Of a DNA stretch of 18,732 bases, positions 16,537-18,732 are shown piece by piece (within the stretch, counting starts at the first letter, position 1; each line of letters opens with the position of its first letter). Both the position numbers and the translations under genes were made by a program. Source of the DNA: Geodia barretti (taxonomy: Eukaryota); the NCBI GenBank assembly GCA_030341885.1, contig CASHTH010004028.1:1-18732 (forward strand), read 5' to 3'. The notes under the pieces are model-generated. The model made no database searches, was not told where the DNA came from, and saw only the letters and a program-made list of their open reading frames with translations.

Positions 16537-16773
16537 AGTGTCAGGGTCGGTATGCTCCTCAATGGCCTTCATAATGAGCCCCTCATCCTCCCCTAGAACA
16601 TAGACATTCTGAATTCCCTTCTCCAGTCTCTCGCCGGGCTCCAGGAAGAACGACTTCTCTCCCTTCACCAGCTTCCTCTGGCCCAGCTGGGGTTTCCCGT
16701 CGCTGCCTACAGGGTCCAGGATGACGCAATACTGCCGGTTGGTCAGTGTGGTGATGTTGGTCACACCTACTAC
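16537..16773 (-). CDS. MVP: MVP exon: [79 protein letters not shown]
   Basis: ATACAG acceptor, ACT|GTGAGC donor, 79 clean codons. Matches human ...[60 protein letters not shown]. Confidence 0.9.
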
Positions 16774-16774
16774 C

Positions 16775-16895
16775 TGTATGGGGAGGAGGGTACAGTGTAA
16801 CATGGTGGGGAGGAGGGTACAGTGAAACATGGTGGGGAGGAGGGTACAGTGTAACATGGTGGGGAGGAGGGTACAGTGTAACATGGTTGGGAGGA
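16775..16895. repeat. Intronic tandem repeat, about 4.5 copies of a 27-28 bp unit (GGGGAGGAGGGTACAGTGTAACATGGT)
   Basis: Direct repeats right upstream of the MVP exon acceptor at 16773. The minus-strand ORFs across it are repeat artefacts. Confidence 0.9.
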
Positions 16896-16955
16896 GGGCA
16901 CATAAGAATGGTGACAAAGGGGATGAAAGAAGAAAGAAGAGAGAGAAGTAGCCAC

Positions 16956-17081
16956 CTCTTCGTAGACATCAGGAATGTGTGCCTCAGTGTCCTCCATCTT
17001 GATGAGCCATTCCTCTCCGTTCCTGTGGGTGACTCCATTGCGGTCGGTGAAGGTCCGCGTGGCTCTCATGTGCAGGGCAAC
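16956..17081 (-). CDS. MVP: MVP exon: [42 protein letters not shown]
   Basis: GTGTAG acceptor, GAG|GTGGCT donor, 42 clean codons. Matches human [42 protein letters not shown]. Confidence 0.9.
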
Positions 17082-17358
17082 CTACACCACACAAGCATGC
17101 CTATACATTCAGCACCACATACCATCATGCCTATATATACATTCAGCACCACATCACGAAAAAAAACAACTCGCTCTGCTAAGATTTTGTTGAGCAGTAT
17201 GAGCAATTTGCACCACACTCCAACTGTTGCAGTAAAGAAACACTGAGGGAACTCTGCCCAGTTCAATGTCTCCAACTAAACTTCAGAACTTTAGCATAGC
17301 TGGCCTGACTTATATACGTATCAAACACAGTGGATCACTTACTAAGTGACTGACTGAC

Positions 17359-17481
17359 CTTCTCAGTGAGGACATAGGCATCCACCAGCTCCACCACCTC
17401 CTCATAGGCTCCAGGAAGGTAGGCCCCAATCTTCTTGACCAGCCACTCTTCTCCCGTCACTCTGGGGTTCCCGTCTCGATC
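17359..17481 (-). CDS. MVP: MVP exon: [41 protein letters not shown]
   Basis: TTGTCAG acceptor, AAG|GTCAGT donor. Matches human [41 protein letters not shown]. Confidence 0.9.
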
Positions 17482-17684
17482 CTGACAAGGAGAAGTGGAA
17501 CAGGAGGAGGAGGAGAGAGAGGGGCAGAGATAGCAAGTGGAATAAGGACAGAAAGGGTTATAAGGCAGTTGAAAACGGAAAACGAGGAGAGTTGAAAAAT
17601 TCATCATTAACCGGCAGGGAATATTTGAGAAGGGAAATACTGGAAGAGAGAGGAAAGAGGTATATAGCTGTTCGTGAAGTGTAC

Positions 17685-17788
17685 CAGAGTCTCCTTGCGG
17701 GCCCTCAGTTTAATGGCCTGGTTTGGTTTGATGACTGTGGCCCTGATCGTCTCCTCGACAACCACCTCCTTGTATGGAATGTAGGTCC
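17685..17788 (-). CDS. MVP: MVP exon: (G)[34 protein letters not shown]
   Basis: CTCTGTAG acceptor, CTG|GTACAC donor. Matches human [33 protein letters not shown]. Confidence 0.9.
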
Positions 17789-18310
17789 CTACAGAGTGGG
17801 GAAACCCTGCTAATAAACACACCCCGAAATAAGGACACTTCACAAACCAGCACACTTTTCTATATTGGTTTCACACTACACATAATTATTGTACAGAGGA
17901 TATGCAGAAACATTATATGTAAATAGTAGATACAGTGATGTAAGAACGGGGCATTCTAAAAATAGTCACAGCAGCATGAGTTGGCATGGTAAAATTTGGG
18001 GAAGTCTTCTAACAATGACACAGCAGCGGCTGAAGGGAAGCTGGTATTTTAATTATACCCACACCAAAATGCATGAAAATGATGTGGTCTGTAAACGCAG
18101 GAAGTAAAGCCACAGTGAGCTAGCTTGTCACAACTATAGAGCTCCCAGCTTGTGAAGCTAGCCTGTCACAACTATAGAACTCCCAGCTTGTTGATTTCAC
18201 ACACACTTGCATTGCCCGATACCCTCTAATTCATGCTACATCACACTGTGTCAGGTCACAGGCTCCGGCAACATAATAGTCCTCCACCCAGAGAGTGGGT
18301 GAGAGCTAAC

Positions 18311-18515
18311 CTGGGCCCTCAAACAGCCACTCGTCCCCAGCTGTCCTCTTGGACCCTCCTTCCTCCACAAAGTCTAGGACGGCTCGCAGACGCAGTGCAG
18401 TGTTGGCCGGGACCACCTTCAGCTGGGTGACTATCTGCTTCAGGACCTCTCCCGGGAAGAGAGGAAACGGGTCCTGTGCCACCCGTATCTCCTGGTCTGC
18501 GTGGCGCAGCTTTAT
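18311..18515 (-). CDS. MVP: MVP exon (vault repeat 2): [68 protein letters not shown](G)
   Basis: CTCCCTCTCCAG acceptor, CAG|GTTAGC donor. Matches human [69 protein letters not shown]. The more 5' exon or exons (about 80 aa) are not in the window. Confidence 0.9.
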
Positions 18516-18650
18516 CTGGAGAGGGAGAAGTGTATCATTATCATATAGATGTAACAATAGACCATGTGATGCCAATGTACAGGGAGAGCTTTGAGAGGTA
18601 GAAAACAAACTCGCTGTATTAATGTTAAAATGGAGCGATTCCCTGTCTGC

Positions 18651-18732
18651 CAATAGAAATCTTTCACATACGGCTTTCAAGTTATCTTTCACACATTATC
18701 CCTTTTTTAAAAATCTTTTCACATAATGGAAA
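18651..18732. repeat. Three spaced copies of ATCTTTCACA[T/C]A at the window edge, in the MVP 5' intron or upstream region
   Basis: atctttcacatacgg / tatctttcacacatta / aatcttttcacataatgg. Confidence 0.5.

Overview
This window is a eukaryotic (metazoan) nuclear locus with GT-AG introns, not a prokaryotic one. It contains five protein-coding genes that I identified by exon-by-exon conceptual translation.

1. + strand: the last two exons of an acyl-CoA dehydrogenase (ACAD10/11-like) gene, at 1-58 and 392-535.
2. + strand: a 14-exon Notchless/NLE1 WD40 gene (624-5576). Its ATG lies only 88 bp after the ACAD stop codon.
3. - strand: a 7-exon NUDT9-type ADP-ribose pyrophosphatase (8992 down to 6993). 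All phases are consistent; one GC-AG intron.
4. + strand: an unidentified coiled-coil gene that starts 222 bp from NUDT9 across a CpG-rich bidirectional promoter (9215 onward, to about 10863, possibly 11926).
5. - strand: major vault protein (MVP), with 13 exons from 18515 down to 12664. Its 5' exon or exons lie beyond the window end.

The introns and intergenic regions carry three unrelated minisatellite arrays with roughly 60-65 bp units (2090-2575, 3960-4500, 5655-6695) and a 27-bp array. They also carry several dinucleotide microsatellites, two of which sit directly on splice sites. Other elements are a degenerate tRNA-like or SINE-like element, a 118-bp near-perfect hairpin (MITE-like), and GCGCATGCG/GCGCATGTG motifs in both promoter-like gaps.

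The most notable point: the conserved reading frames of NLE1 (about 1537-3890) and MVP (about 13312-15372) are interrupted by multiple apparent single-base insertions and splice-phase mismatches. NUDT9, the ACAD tail, the outer NLE1 exons and most MVP exons are perfectly clean.

Exon coordinates are accurate to about ±2 nt. No prokaryote-style system (CRISPR, operon, defence island) is present.
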